This document shows positions 1 to 8,587 of a DNA stretch of 64,000 nt, piece after piece. The number at the start of each line of letters is the position of its first letter. The stretch's first letter is position 1. Origin of the DNA: a virus (taxonomy: Duplodnaviria; Caudoviricetes); IMG/VR virus record IMGVR_UViG_3300037471_000583, positions 396-64,395 of that record. One strand, written 5' to 3'. A program made the translations under genes and the position numbers. The notes under the pieces were generated by a model. The model was not told where the DNA came from. It saw only the letters and a list, made by a program, of their open reading frames with translations, and searched no databases.

Positions 1-974
1 TTGTTGCCACGGCTGCCAAAAACCCGGTCAATTACCGTCCGATCGGCATCACCTTCCACATAGGTTTCCATCAGCAGCCGGCGTGACTTCCATCCGCCGT
101 GATCTGCTGTCGTGGCGGCATCAACTCCGTTGCGGACGATCATCTCCGTAGCAAAGCCATGTCGTCCGAACTCATGGCTGGTGAGCCTGTAAAGCCCCGC
201 CTCCTTGATCACCTTGTCCACGCGTTTCTTCACCGTTGATCGGTTTGCTGCACCAAAGACCAGGTAGGGATTGAGGCTCCGGATATTGGCAAGGTCGATC
301 ACCATCGCCTGTGTCAGGAACACTTTGCGCGGCGTGGTTTTCGTCTTGGTGAGATAGGCGATGCCGTTCTGCAGGTCGACGTCATTCCATAAAAGGCGAC
401 AGGCTTCGGAAACGCGGGTCGCGGTTTCGAACATGAACCGGGCGATTGCAGCCGTCTCAGGCATGTTGAGTTCCTTGGCTTTTGCCTGAAACACCTCCAG
501 CCATTCCTTGTTGCCCGCCGGCCGCGCTGTGTGCTCTTCCTTGAAGCGAGACACCTTGATTTTCTGGAGCCGCTTTGCGTCGGCCGCGTGATTGATGATC
601 GCACGCATGGGCGTGATGACTTGTCGGTTCCATGTTGCCGGCGATGCGCCTGGGTAAAGCACTTTAGCCGCGGCGCGTATCGTCGGTCCGCTAATGTCCT
701 TGATTTTCGTCTTCTTGAAATAATCAAGCAATTTGACGGTGAACCGCGTGTCCTTCCCATCATCGCTGTAGAGCTTCAGCGCGTCGGCGAACGTCAAGAC
801 CGCTTCCGGCCCGTGAACGGCAGCACTACGGACCGAGTTTTCTTTTTTGATGGCGATGTCTTCCGCAAGCCGTTTATCAGTTGTTTTCGAAGATCTTCGA
901 TATCGCTGTCCGTCAACGGTAAATTCAAATTGCCAGATGTCCCCGCTTCGCTTACGTTTGTAGAGGGTGGGCAT
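1..974 (-). CDS. int: Tyrosine integrase (3' end runs off the window)
   Basis: Hand-translated, absent from the ORF track because it has no stop in the window. MPTLYKRKRSGDIWQFEFTVDGQRYRRS arm-binding N-terminus; catalytic motifs FETATRVSEA (R), TKTK (K), HEFGRHGFAT (H..R), HGGW, METY (Y). Confidence 0.93.
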   Translation of the reverse strand, partial: MPTLYKRKRSGDIWQFEFTVDGQRYRRSSKTTDKRLAEDIAIKKENSVRSAAVHGPEAVLTFADALKLYSDDGKDTRFTVKLLDYFKKTKIKDISGPTIRAAAKVLYPGASPATWNRQVITPMRAIINHAADAKRLQKIKVSRFKEEHTARPAGNKEWLEVFQAKAKELNMPETAAIARFMFETATRVSEACRLLWNDVDLQNGIAYLTKTKTTPRKVFLTQAMVIDLANIRSLNPYLVFGAANRSTVKKRVDKVIKEAGLYRLTSHEFGRHGFATEMIVRNGVDAATTADHGGWKSRRLLMETYVEGDADRTVIDRVFGSRGN

Positions 975-1171
975 TGCTTCGGCTCCAGTCTGGCGGCATT
1001 GAATATCCTGTCAATGTCCTCGGGCAATAGGAACATCGTTTTGCCGATGACACGGCAAGCTCCCAATTGTCTGGCACGCTCACGCAATGTCCGCTCTGAG
1101 ACGATAATTCCGTTTTCGGCCAGTTTGGCAACTGCGGCGGCTGGGGATATTGGGGATTCGAGCGCTGTCAC
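794..1171 (-). CDS. Excisionase-like helix-turn-helix protein
   Basis: Small basic HTH-like protein (VSERTLRERARQLGACRVIGKTMFLLPEDIDRIF) directly upstream of int and overlapping it. Confidence 0.65.
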   Translation of the reverse strand: MTALESPISPAAAVAKLAENGIIVSERTLRERARQLGACRVIGKTMFLLPEDIDRIFNAARLEPKQCPPSTNVSEAGTSGNLNLPLTDSDIEDLRKQLINGLRKTSPSKKKTRSVVLPFTGRKRS

Positions 1172-1479
1172 GTCTCCCCTCCCAAAGCAGAGAGAGCGTC
1201 ACGGCCGGCGCGGAGACGCTGTATCTCAGCTATGGCCTCGTCCAGAAGATGCGCGTCCTCTTGGCGCCACACCCACCCTTGCTGAATTATCTGGCCTTTG
1301 CGGTAACTGAGGCGATAAAGAATATCGTGTGCGGGGGCATCTCGGTCGACATTGGAAAAGTTGCAGCCGTGAAATCCGGTACCCAAAAGCCAAGCTAATA
1401 GTCTGCCGATATAGCCAACCGGCTTGAGGCAATATGGGCATTCGCCTGGAAACGGATGATGCTTGAGAGGCAGATTCAT
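1168..1479 (-). CDS. Hypothetical phage protein
   Basis: ORF with 4-bp overlaps to neighbours; contains CPYC. Confidence 0.6.
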   Translation of the reverse strand: MNLPLKHHPFPGECPYCLKPVGYIGRLLAWLLGTGFHGCNFSNVDRDAPAHDILYRLSYRKGQIIQQGWVWRQEDAHLLDEAIAEIQRLRAGRDALSALGGET

Positions 1480-1703
1480 TTCTCATCTCCACTGGACTGG
1501 AGGGCGGAACGGCCGGTTCGCTTCTCCCAAGACGGCCTGACCAGATCCGTAGACGTAAACCACAATGCGGTTTCGGTGCTGTCCTCGTGATGGAAAATCA
1601 GGAACCAAGTATTTCGCCCCATGCGCTCCAAATGCGCGCCGCAGCTGGATACGATTTCGTCCAGCGTTCCTTTGCCGGTGAATGTGACGCGATCAGAGTT
1701 CAC
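1476..1703 (-). CDS. Hypothetical phage protein
   Basis: Translationally coupled (ATGA overlap) in the leftward operon. Confidence 0.6.
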   Translation of the reverse strand: MNSDRVTFTGKGTLDEIVSSCGAHLERMGRNTWFLIFHHEDSTETALWFTSTDLVRPSWEKRTGRSALQSSGDEK

Positions 1704-2032
1704 GGCTTCACCTCCGTGGATGAGAGAAAACGGATGGCGGCGGCCAAAGACTGCGCCATATGATGCCGGCCTTCGACGTATGAGGTCTGTTCCTTGGCCT
1801 CGCCCATGGCCTTCGCGGCGGCGTCAGCTTTCAACGCACATTCCTCTATCGTAGCTTTCCTGATGGCGTCTCGTTCGGCGCGGAGGCGTTCGAACGCCGC
1901 CGCAGCATCATCAGCAGTCGCCTGCGTTCTCGCATCATACCCGCAAGTGCATTCGTACTGACGCCCTTGGCATCCTCTGGAATGGTCATCGTTCTGGGAA
2001 ATGTCCTTGAGCCGTTCGACAATATCGCTCAT
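1700..2032 (-). CDS. Hypothetical phage protein
   Basis: MSDIVERL N-terminus typical of phage early genes; coupled overlaps. Confidence 0.65.
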   Translation of the reverse strand: MSDIVERLKDISQNDDHSRGCQGRQYECTCGYDARTQATADDAAAAFERLRAERDAIRKATIEECALKADAAAKAMGEAKEQTSYVEGRHHMAQSLAAAIRFLSSTEVKP

Positions 2033-2706
2033 ACCTGCTCTCCCTGTGCTTTGGGAGCGGGAGCGGCGGCAAGCATGGCGCGATAGGCGTGGCCGGTGAG
2101 CGGGCTGACCGCGTAGGCTATCGGGTGCCCGCGCCGGATGCGCGCTTGAATAGCGTCATAGCTCAAGCTGTGAGTTTGGCAGTAGTCGACCAAAGGAATC
2201 CCATCTATCAGGACGGTTCTTCGCGTGTTCCTATTTTGCTCTGCCGCCGTGGCCCACCTGACGTTCCCAGGCTCATAATTGCCGTCGTTATTGGGGTATC
2301 TATCAACTGAATGAGATGGGCTTGGCGCTTCCCCAATGTCGCTAAGGAAAGTCTCGAATGAATCCACCCAAGCATGGTGCATCCCTATCCCTCTGCCACC
2401 ATAGCTGAGGTAGGCTTTGTCATTTGGGTTAGTGCAGCGCCCCTTAATATGCGCCCATGCTCGGTACTCTTTGGTTCTTTTCCCTAGCTTCGTATGTCCG
2501 TGGACAAGAGAGTTAGCTTGACGCTTTATTGACCGAAGGCAACCGCAATTCGTAACATCGCCTCTGTTCAAATTTCCCGTCGTTGCCACGTGTGTTCCTC
2601 CACAGGCACATTGGCATTCCCACGCCAAATATCTTCCTATTCTCGCCTCAGACACGACGATGAGGGCGCCGAATTTCTTTCCGATAAGATTACTTCGCGG
2701 CATCAT
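2029..2706 (-). CDS. HNH-type homing endonuclease
   Basis: WECQCACG, TNCGC, YGGRGI and HSVDRYPNNDGNYEPGNVRWAT..EQNRN motifs. Confidence 0.85.
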   Translation of the reverse strand: MMPRSNLIGKKFGALIVVSEARIGRYLAWECQCACGGTHVATTGNLNRGDVTNCGCLRSIKRQANSLVHGHTKLGKRTKEYRAWAHIKGRCTNPNDKAYLSYGGRGIGMHHAWVDSFETFLSDIGEAPSPSHSVDRYPNNDGNYEPGNVRWATAAEQNRNTRRTVLIDGIPLVDYCQTHSLSYDAIQARIRRGHPIAYAVSPLTGHAYRAMLAAAPAPKAQGEQV

Positions 2707-3214
2707 CGACCTCCATGTTTGGTAACTCTTCTAGCTTCCACCCCTCCGTTGCCTGTGGGGGCGGAGCGGCGAAGAGCGGCGTCAGAGATGCTGTGTTCGG
2801 ATGGCCGGCCCACCCTTTCGCCACCTCGGGATTAGTCGTCGTGTCTATGTGCGCTGGCACCTCAGGATGGATTATCGTTTCAACGCGGAGCCACGCCACC
2901 GGCACAGATGCCGGCGCATCTTGCGAGGCGGCAAGCCTCTGGGCGAGCTTCGTTAATTCTGAACTGCCATATGTTCCAGGCTGCCTCTTCCCGTCCAGAA
3001 TATTATTGATAATCGCGACAGTTGCTTCAACACCTCGGTCGTTTCCCCGCCACCATGCAGGATGCGCACCATCAATAGCGTCCATCTCGGGGTCGTCATG
3101 CGGGGCGGCGAATGCGGCTTCGAGGGCGATGGCCGCTTCAGAACACAATTTGCCGAGCGGCGACTCCGGAGAGCACGCGGTACGCAGGCGTTGGATGAGA
3201 TCGTCATTCAGCAT
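2690..3214 (-). CDS. Ead/Ea22-like early protein, apparently truncated by the HNH insertion
   Basis: Starts MLNDDLIQRLR at ATG 3214; contains PVAW, PLFAAPP and EGWKL, then diverges at the HNH start. Confidence 0.55.
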   Translation of the reverse strand: MLNDDLIQRLRTACSPESPLGKLCSEAAIALEAAFAAPHDDPEMDAIDGAHPAWWRGNDRGVEATVAIINNILDGKRQPGTYGSSELTKLAQRLAASQDAPASVPVAWLRVETIIHPEVPAHIDTTTNPEVAKGWAGHPNTASLTPLFAAPPPQATEGWKLEELPNMEVDDAAK

Positions 3215-3626
3215 GGCCGGTATCCTCTTGGATTGGTGCGTAAAGCCGGCGCCGGGGTAATTCCGCCTTCGGCTGGCGGCGAGCGGTGCGTTCCGATACC
3301 ACGGGCGTGCGCCGTGGGATTTTCTGGACAGGAACGGTCTTGATGCCGAGGCGCGCCTTCTCGTTGCGCTTGGCCTTGGCGATGGCGGCGACATCGTCGG
3401 CTGTCTTTGGTGCGTGACAGCAATCGATGCCCAGGAGCTTGCCATCGGCAGCGGTGAGCTTTCGCTTCTTGTCGAGAATGAGCCCGTCGGCAATCGTGTG
3501 GTCGACGTGGTATTTCTTGCCCTTAATGAACTCGCCGCAGCCCTCGCACCATAGCTGGCCTTTGGCATCCATCGCGCGGCGGACGATCTCAGCATAGACC
3601 ATGGGAGGGAATTCGCGGCGCGCCAC
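3204..3626 (-). CDS. Small HNH endonuclease
   Basis: GTG start at 3626; CEGC, HVDH, CCH..KT..D pattern. Confidence 0.8.
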   Translation of the reverse strand: MARREFPPMVYAEIVRRAMDAKGQLWCEGCGEFIKGKKYHVDHTIADGLILDKKRKLTAADGKLLGIDCCHAPKTADDVAAIAKAKRNEKARLGIKTVPVQKIPRRTPVVSERTARRQPKAELPRRRLYAPIQEDTGHAE

Positions 3627-4252
3627 TATAAGCCCCTCCAATCATATCCATTTTCCAGTCGCCATTTGGCTGCGCCATAATTGGTCCCGGTCCGCTCACA
3701 TGCCTCCGCAAGCGATACTCTCCCTCCGTCGAGGTCGACCATCCGGTTTCTTCGCATATTTCGAGCCTGCTCTTTGGCGGTCGCCCATCGGCAGTTCGAT
3801 GGCTCATAGTCCCCATTTTGGTCAGGGAACCTATCAACTGAATGATCCGCAGACGGGCGCGGACCCATGTCTGACAGGAAATTCCTGAAGTCAGTTTTCC
3901 AGCGATCGCAAACTCTGATCCCGCGACCGCCATAGTATTCCCAACTTTTGTTTGCCGGATTTGTGCAGCGGTTGATCATCGACATCCAAATATTATGCTC
4001 TGCAGTCTCAGACAGACCGTGCTTGAAACGTGCCGTATCTTCTCCCTTCGGCTTGGAGCAGCCGCAATTGGTCGATTTCCCACCAACCAGATGAACGCCG
4101 GAGACCTGTTTCTCGGCGCCGCAAACGCAGCGGCAATTCCAATGGATGCGCGTTGACCGGGTATCGCCGCGTGACAGCACCAGCCAATGCCCGAAGTGTT
4201 GTCCGGTCAGGTCTTTGAACGCTGTTCTGTGAGTTCCGTATCCTTTAGGCAT
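3626..4252 (-). CDS. HNH-type homing endonuclease (paralogue of 2029..2706)
   Basis: Start MPKGYG after GGAGG; WNCRCVCG, YYGGRGI, HSVDRFPDQNGDYEPSNCRWAT. Confidence 0.85.
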   Translation of the reverse strand: MPKGYGTHRTAFKDLTGQHFGHWLVLSRGDTRSTRIHWNCRCVCGAEKQVSGVHLVGGKSTNCGCSKPKGEDTARFKHGLSETAEHNIWMSMINRCTNPANKSWEYYGGRGIRVCDRWKTDFRNFLSDMGPRPSADHSVDRFPDQNGDYEPSNCRWATAKEQARNMRRNRMVDLDGGRVSLAEACERTGTNYGAAKWRLENGYDWRGL

Positions 4253-4391
4253 GTCGGCCTCCAAGCGATAGATCACAATTGCAACGCTGGCCCTCGGCGA
4301 AGTCGAACAGATTTCCAACGGCTTCGCACCGGCGGCCAGATCTGGCGAGAGCAGCCTGCTTCGTCTTGCGGGTGAATTCAAGACGGCTCAT
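4245..4391 (-). pseudogene. N-terminal remnant of a small HNH gene
   Basis: Hand translation MSRLEFTRKTKQAALARSGRRCEAVGNLFDFAEGQRCNCDLSLGGRHA*. Coupled to the upstream stop, but ends before any DH/HNH core, at the start of the next HNH gene. Confidence 0.55.
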
Positions 4392-4837
4392 TCCTGACCT
4401 CCGAAGCTTCGGCCAAGCCGCTCGATATACTCGGCTTCGGACTTTTCACATTCGGCCAGCGTCGCCCGCTCAGCATCGTCCAACTTGTCGATCGCCTTCC
4501 AGAACATGTGGCTGCCGGGCGAACTGACGCTGTCAGCATAGTGGATGTAGGCGTCCCACCGTCGGGCCGACCAAATACCCGTCGATCCGATCTCGCAGAC
4601 CGCGAAGCGGCCTTCGCGCGGGCTGTAGCGGCTATCGCGCCAACCAAGCTCCTTCATGCGCTCTGATGCCGATACCAGCGCCGACAGGGCGGAATAGGTG
4701 TCTGGCATCCGTTCGGAGCGCTCTGCCTGTTTCTGCCTCACTTCGTCCCAAATCCGCTTGGCCTCTTCGGATGACAGTTCGACATGGCTGCCGTCCGCCA
4801 TGGTGATGTGCCCGTGGTATTCGTGATCCTGGGTCAA
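4388..4837 (-). CDS. Hypothetical phage protein
   Basis: TTG start overlapping the stop of the DUF1643 gene. Confidence 0.6.
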   Translation of the reverse strand: MTQDHEYHGHITMADGSHVELSSEEAKRIWDEVRQKQAERSERMPDTYSALSALVSASERMKELGWRDSRYSPREGRFAVCEIGSTGIWSARRWDAYIHYADSVSSPGSHMFWKAIDKLDDAERATLAECEKSEAEYIERLGRSFGGQE

Positions 4838-5394
4838 TGTGCAGCCCTCCAGAGAATTGCCGGCTGGTCGACCGGGATGCGATGCTTGCCGCGCGCCAGA
4901 GGATGCTTTGGCGCGCCGGACGAGGTCGTGCCCCAGCACCAGAGATCGGGCCAAGGTTCCTCGCCGGTCTGGATCTGCTCAACGACATGATCGGCCCAGT
5001 CGCTATCCCAGGCGATGGCGCCCCAGCACACAAACACCTGGTCGGCAGCCTTGGCCACCTTCACGACATGGGGCAGGTTTACCATGTGGAGCGCGTCACG
5101 GACGTCATAGGCGCCGTTCCCGATCGTGTCGGCTATACGCTTGCATTCCTTCGGGCTGGCGGTGACGAACGGATAGAGGTTGACGCCGCGGTACCGGCCG
5201 AAGCCGGCGCGCTGAAACCAGTTGATCCACCAGCGCGATGTCATGTCGTTGCGGTCTGCATTGGCACGCGCTGGATTGCAGCCGATCACACAAGCTGTCG
5301 GGCCGCTGCCCCATTCGCGATAGAGCTCGATGCGGTGGTCGCCGGCGAAGATAGCATTGGAGCGCGGTTCGTTGCCGAGGAGGTCTAGCATCAA
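4834..5394 (-). CDS. DUF1643 domain protein
   Basis: IGCNP, VNLYPF, CWGA and CWGTT..GAPKHPLAR motifs. Confidence 0.8.
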   Translation of the reverse strand: MMLDLLGNEPRSNAIFAGDHRIELYREWGSGPTACVIGCNPARANADRNDMTSRWWINWFQRAGFGRYRGVNLYPFVTASPKECKRIADTIGNGAYDVRDALHMVNLPHVVKVAKAADQVFVCWGAIAWDSDWADHVVEQIQTGEEPWPDLWCWGTTSSGAPKHPLARGKHRIPVDQPAILWRAAH

Positions 5395-5597
5395 GACGTC
5401 CTTCCCGTTTTTACCCAGTTCCTATTATCGCGAGCGTACCGGAATCCTTTGCCAGTCAAGACCATGAGCGGCTTCGTGTCGGTGTACCGGCAATAGCCAT
5501 TGTCGATCAGATAGCGTTCCGCAGCCGGGTCGGCGGGGCAGAACGGCTTGTTGCGATCGGCGGCGTGGAGAATGGCGGCGTGCGCAACCGTGTTCAT
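5391..5597 (-). CDS. Hypothetical protein
   Basis: Coupled small ORF starting MNTVAH. Confidence 0.55.
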   Translation of the reverse strand: MNTVAHAAILHAADRNKPFCPADPAAERYLIDNGYCRYTDTKPLMVLTGKGFRYARDNRNWVKTGRTS

Positions 5598-5791
5598 AGC
5601 AAGCCCTCGCTGCATCCGGCCATCGTCTGCATCCGCACGGCATCCCTACGCGCCTCCACAGCGGCGCGAAGCTGCCGGGTGGTGTCACGGATGTTTTCAT
5701 CGGCGAGCTCGCGTAGGGCCTTGGACAGGCAGGTGCGCGGGTGCTGCTCGGCGATCTTGCGGAGGTGGTCGAGTTTTTGCTCGGCGGTCAT
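5594..5791 (-). CDS. Hypothetical protein
   Basis: Coupled small ORF. Confidence 0.55.
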   Translation of the reverse strand: MTAEQKLDHLRKIAEQHPRTCLSKALRELADENIRDTTRQLRAAVEARRDAVRMQTMAGCSEGLL

Positions 5792-5985
5792 GACGTTGCC
5801 TCGCGGTCTTCGATGTGCATGTGCTGGCGGATGTGGTAGCGACCTGCTGCAATCTGGAATGCGATCTCCTTGACTTCCGGAGATTTGTATTTGTCGGCAA
5901 AGTCGTGGAGGGAATCCAGAAGCCGAGCCGCTTGGAGGTCGAGGCGATCTGCAGCGATCTGTTGGATTGTGCGCTTTCCAGACAT
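5788..5985 (-). CDS. Hypothetical protein
   Basis: Coupled small ORF. Confidence 0.55.
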   Translation of the reverse strand: MSGKRTIQQIAADRLDLQAARLLDSLHDFADKYKSPEVKEIAFQIAAGRYHIRQHMHIEDREATS

Positions 5986-6188
5986 TACGCCATCTCCATC
6001 AACAGTTCATCGGCGCCGTAGACCGCGTTCTCGCCGCAGGCCTCGCATTCGTATTCGCGGGCATCCGGCTCACATCCCTCGGCATCCTCGCCGCAGGCAA
6101 TGCAAAAGCCGGGATTATCGAGAGAGGACATCCGCCGTTCGATGGCATCCTCGATGCGGGACAGGGTGATTGAGGGGTAGATTTTCAT
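5985..6188 (-). CDS. Small zinc-ribbon protein
   Basis: CIACG..GCEPDA..YECEACG. Confidence 0.7.
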   Translation of the reverse strand: MKIYPSITLSRIEDAIERRMSSLDNPGFCIACGEDAEGCEPDAREYECEACGENAVYGADELLMEMA

Positions 6189-6898
6189 GCCGTGCCGCCC
6201 TTTGCTGGCTTAAACCAGCTTGGGCGATCTTCTTCGCACCATTCGGATTGGACCGGACAGCCGCGTTTGCGGCAATTTTCCGAATAGTCCGGGAGGACGG
6301 CGCCGCAGCGCTCGCACCAGTCGTATTCGCCCCAATATGACGAAGCCAGGCGATCGCAGCCCTTCGGCACTTCAAGCCGCAAGTCCTGCGGATCGAGGTA
6401 GCCTTCGAACAAGCGGATAACAGCGCCGGCCTGCTTAGGCGTCAGAGCCTTTTCGCCGAAGGTGATGCCTTCCTGCGAGCGACCGCGCATGACCTCATAG
6501 ATTGTGTCCATGCGGGCGCGGTAGTAGTCGCCAGTCCAGCGAATGACTGGAACTTCTAGGCGTTGCAGGCCGTGCCAGAATGTTTTGGCGTCTTCTGGGC
6601 TGATCATCTCGCCATCCTCAACGGGTTTTTTCGCCCAATCGGCAATGCGATCGTAGAGCCGCTCCACCCATCGATTGTGGTCCTCGACGGTCTGGCAGAG
6701 TATCTTGTCGTCAAGATCGGTCGGTGGCCATCCTCGCCATTCCCAGTGGACGGGATTGTCTTGAAATTGGGTGCGCTCCAGGCGAAGCGTGCGTTCCACC
6801 TCTTCGACGTGTTGGATAATTCTCGCCAGCGTTCCTATCGGCGCTGTGATTGGACCGGATAGACCCCGCGAAAATGAGAAAAAGACATGGAAGCTCAT
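6185..6898 (-). CDS. Hypothetical protein with a C-terminal Cys cluster
   Basis: Start MSFHVFF at the ATGA overlap; CERCG, CRKRGCP. Confidence 0.65.
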   Translation of the reverse strand: MSFHVFFSFSRGLSGPITAPIGTLARIIQHVEEVERTLRLERTQFQDNPVHWEWRGWPPTDLDDKILCQTVEDHNRWVERLYDRIADWAKKPVEDGEMISPEDAKTFWHGLQRLEVPVIRWTGDYYRARMDTIYEVMRGRSQEGITFGEKALTPKQAGAVIRLFEGYLDPQDLRLEVPKGCDRLASSYWGEYDWCERCGAVLPDYSENCRKRGCPVQSEWCEEDRPSWFKPAKGGTA

Positions 6899-7644
6899 GC
6901 CGCCCTCGCGATCTGGTCGATGTTCTGAGGGATGACGCGAAAAGATGTGGCGTATACCCAGGGATTGCTCGCCCACGAGCCGGCGCCGTTGATGCGCTCC
7001 CAAAGCGAGCGATACGCATCGCGCGCGCAAAGCCACCTGAACTCTTCCGGTTCGGTCGGTTCCCAGTGCCACCGGCCAAGGCTTGTTTCATGCAGGCCTT
7101 CCGCCTCAGCATCCTCCTCGCTGATATCCTGCAGCCGCTCGATCTTGACGTCTTCCACGATGAGGGTGAGGCGGGAAGCGCAGCGGGGCATATGCATCGA
7201 TGCACGTAGACGGCCCGGTTTGCTCTGCTGCCAGAGTTCAACGGAATGGTCATCACACTTCTTGTCGGCCTCATAGAACGTGGGGATCGATGGCGTGCCC
7301 CATTCGCTCTCGAACTCGGCACATATTTCCGATAGGGAGTCGGCGTCGAAAGCCTCTTGGGTTCGCCAAGCTTCTTTGACCCAGAGCCGGTCGCCAACCG
7401 CGATCGGCGGCATATAGTGCGGCGTGGCGAGGTGCTTCCCAGCCGCGATTGCAACCGTAACCCCGCCGTGGCCCTTCATCTCGTAGACCGAGCGGCCGGT
7501 TTCCTTGTCGGTCCCTACCTCGACGAATTCGAGGATTTCGCCGCCTGCGCCGCCGATTTTCACCAGCCTGCGGGTTTGGAATTTCCTGCCGGCGAGCAAG
7601 GCAAGGATCATCGGCGCTGAAAACAATATGGGACGGTCGGTCAT
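6895..7644 (-). CDS. Conserved phage protein, ASCH/PUA-like family
   Basis: RPILFSAPM..ALLAGRK.QTRR, GDRLWVKE, SMHMPR.ASR, ERLQDISEEDA.AEG, NPWV motifs. Confidence 0.7.
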   Translation of the reverse strand: MTDRPILFSAPMILALLAGRKFQTRRLVKIGGAGGEILEFVEVGTDKETGRSVYEMKGHGGVTVAIAAGKHLATPHYMPPIAVGDRLWVKEAWRTQEAFDADSLSEICAEFESEWGTPSIPTFYEADKKCDDHSVELWQQSKPGRLRASMHMPRCASRLTLIVEDVKIERLQDISEEDAEAEGLHETSLGRWHWEPTEPEEFRWLCARDAYRSLWERINGAGSWASNPWVYATSFRVIPQNIDQIARAA

Positions 7645-7934
7645 GATGCGTCGCCTTTCTGCTCATCGGCCGGAATGACGACCTCAGGCAGCGCACCGTC
7701 GATCATATCGGCCAGGGCTCGAAGAATGCCAGCGGATTTCCGGGCCTCGTCCTGATGTGCCTTCACTCTGGAGTGAAAGGAGATCGCCGCTACGAAGTCG
7801 ATTTTGGCGCCGACGCCGACACCAAGCTTCCGCCAACCTTCCGAATAGGAACTATGGTGGCCGGCCGCCTGTGCCGCTTCGTCCTCGGTCATCTCCACGA
7901 TGAAGCCGCCAGTGGTTTTGCCGATGATCTTCAT
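7641..7934 (-). CDS. Hypothetical protein
   Basis: Coupled ORF. Confidence 0.6.
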   Translation of the reverse strand: MKIIGKTTGGFIVEMTEDEAAQAAGHHSSYSEGWRKLGVGVGAKIDFVAAISFHSRVKAHQDEARKSAGILRALADMIDGALPEVVIPADEQKGDAS

Positions 7935-8587
7935 GATGCACCTCCGATCTCAGTGGGTGCCGCCGCAGGTTTGCGGTTCGCGCGCGCTTCTGAAATTGGA
8001 AGTGTATCTGGCTCAAACCACGCCCATGACTTTCGTCTAACAACGGCTCGGACTGTTGCCTGATGTACCTTGAATTTTTTGGCGATCAGATCTTCCGATA
8101 AACCAAACCTGCTGAGAGATCGTATCTCACGAACATCGCTTTCGGTGAGTTTGGCATTCCACTGCTTTTCTCCGCGAAGACTGGTGCCATGAGCAATTTT
8201 CTCGGCCTGGTTTTCTGCGGTCGTCGCCCATCGCAAATGACCCTTGGTTACACACCCAAGGTGGCCGTTGCCGCATGAATGGGCGGCCTCATGTTTCGGG
8301 GTAGGTGGCGGACCGTTGAACTCCTCGCAAACCAGACGTATGACACGTTGATTCTTTTGACCAATCCAAAGAGTGCCATATCCCTTTGATGTTTTGGCGT
8401 ATGGCCAAATCAAGCATTCGTCGCCTTGATATTGCAAAACCTTCTCGCGGTAGAACCGGATTGGCTCGCCTTCTTTGGTTTCCCGCCCGCCAAGGACGTC
8501 ACCGTGACGGCGAAAGCGTCGATAATGCAAATTGCACCAGCCGCGACACTCCACAGGCTTGCCACATCCTTCAATCGCACATGTCAT
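7931..8587 (-). CDS. HNH homing endonuclease with N-terminal Zn finger and C-terminal HTH
   Basis: Start MTCAIEGC at the recT stop; CNLHY, HEAAHSCGN..CV...HLRWAT..EN, NAKLTESDVREIR. Confidence 0.85.
   Translation of the reverse strand: MTCAIEGCGKPVECRGWCNLHYRRFRRHGDVLGGRETKEGEPIRFYREKVLQYQGDECLIWPYAKTSKGYGTLWIGQKNQRVIRLVCEEFNGPPPTPKHEAAHSCGNGHLGCVTKGHLRWATTAENQAEKIAHGTSLRGEKQWNAKLTESDVREIRSLSRFGLSEDLIAKKFKVHQATVRAVVRRKSWAWFEPDTLPISEARANRKPAAAPTEIGGAS

Noticed and set aside
2216-2230. GTTC-N7-GTTC match
   Set aside because: Lies inside the HNH coding sequence (RNTRRT codons) with no nearby promoter; probably chance.
4351-4378. Fourth CCCGCAA hairpin
   Set aside because: Falls within the coding stub 4245..4391 (FTRKTK), so it is explained by codons.
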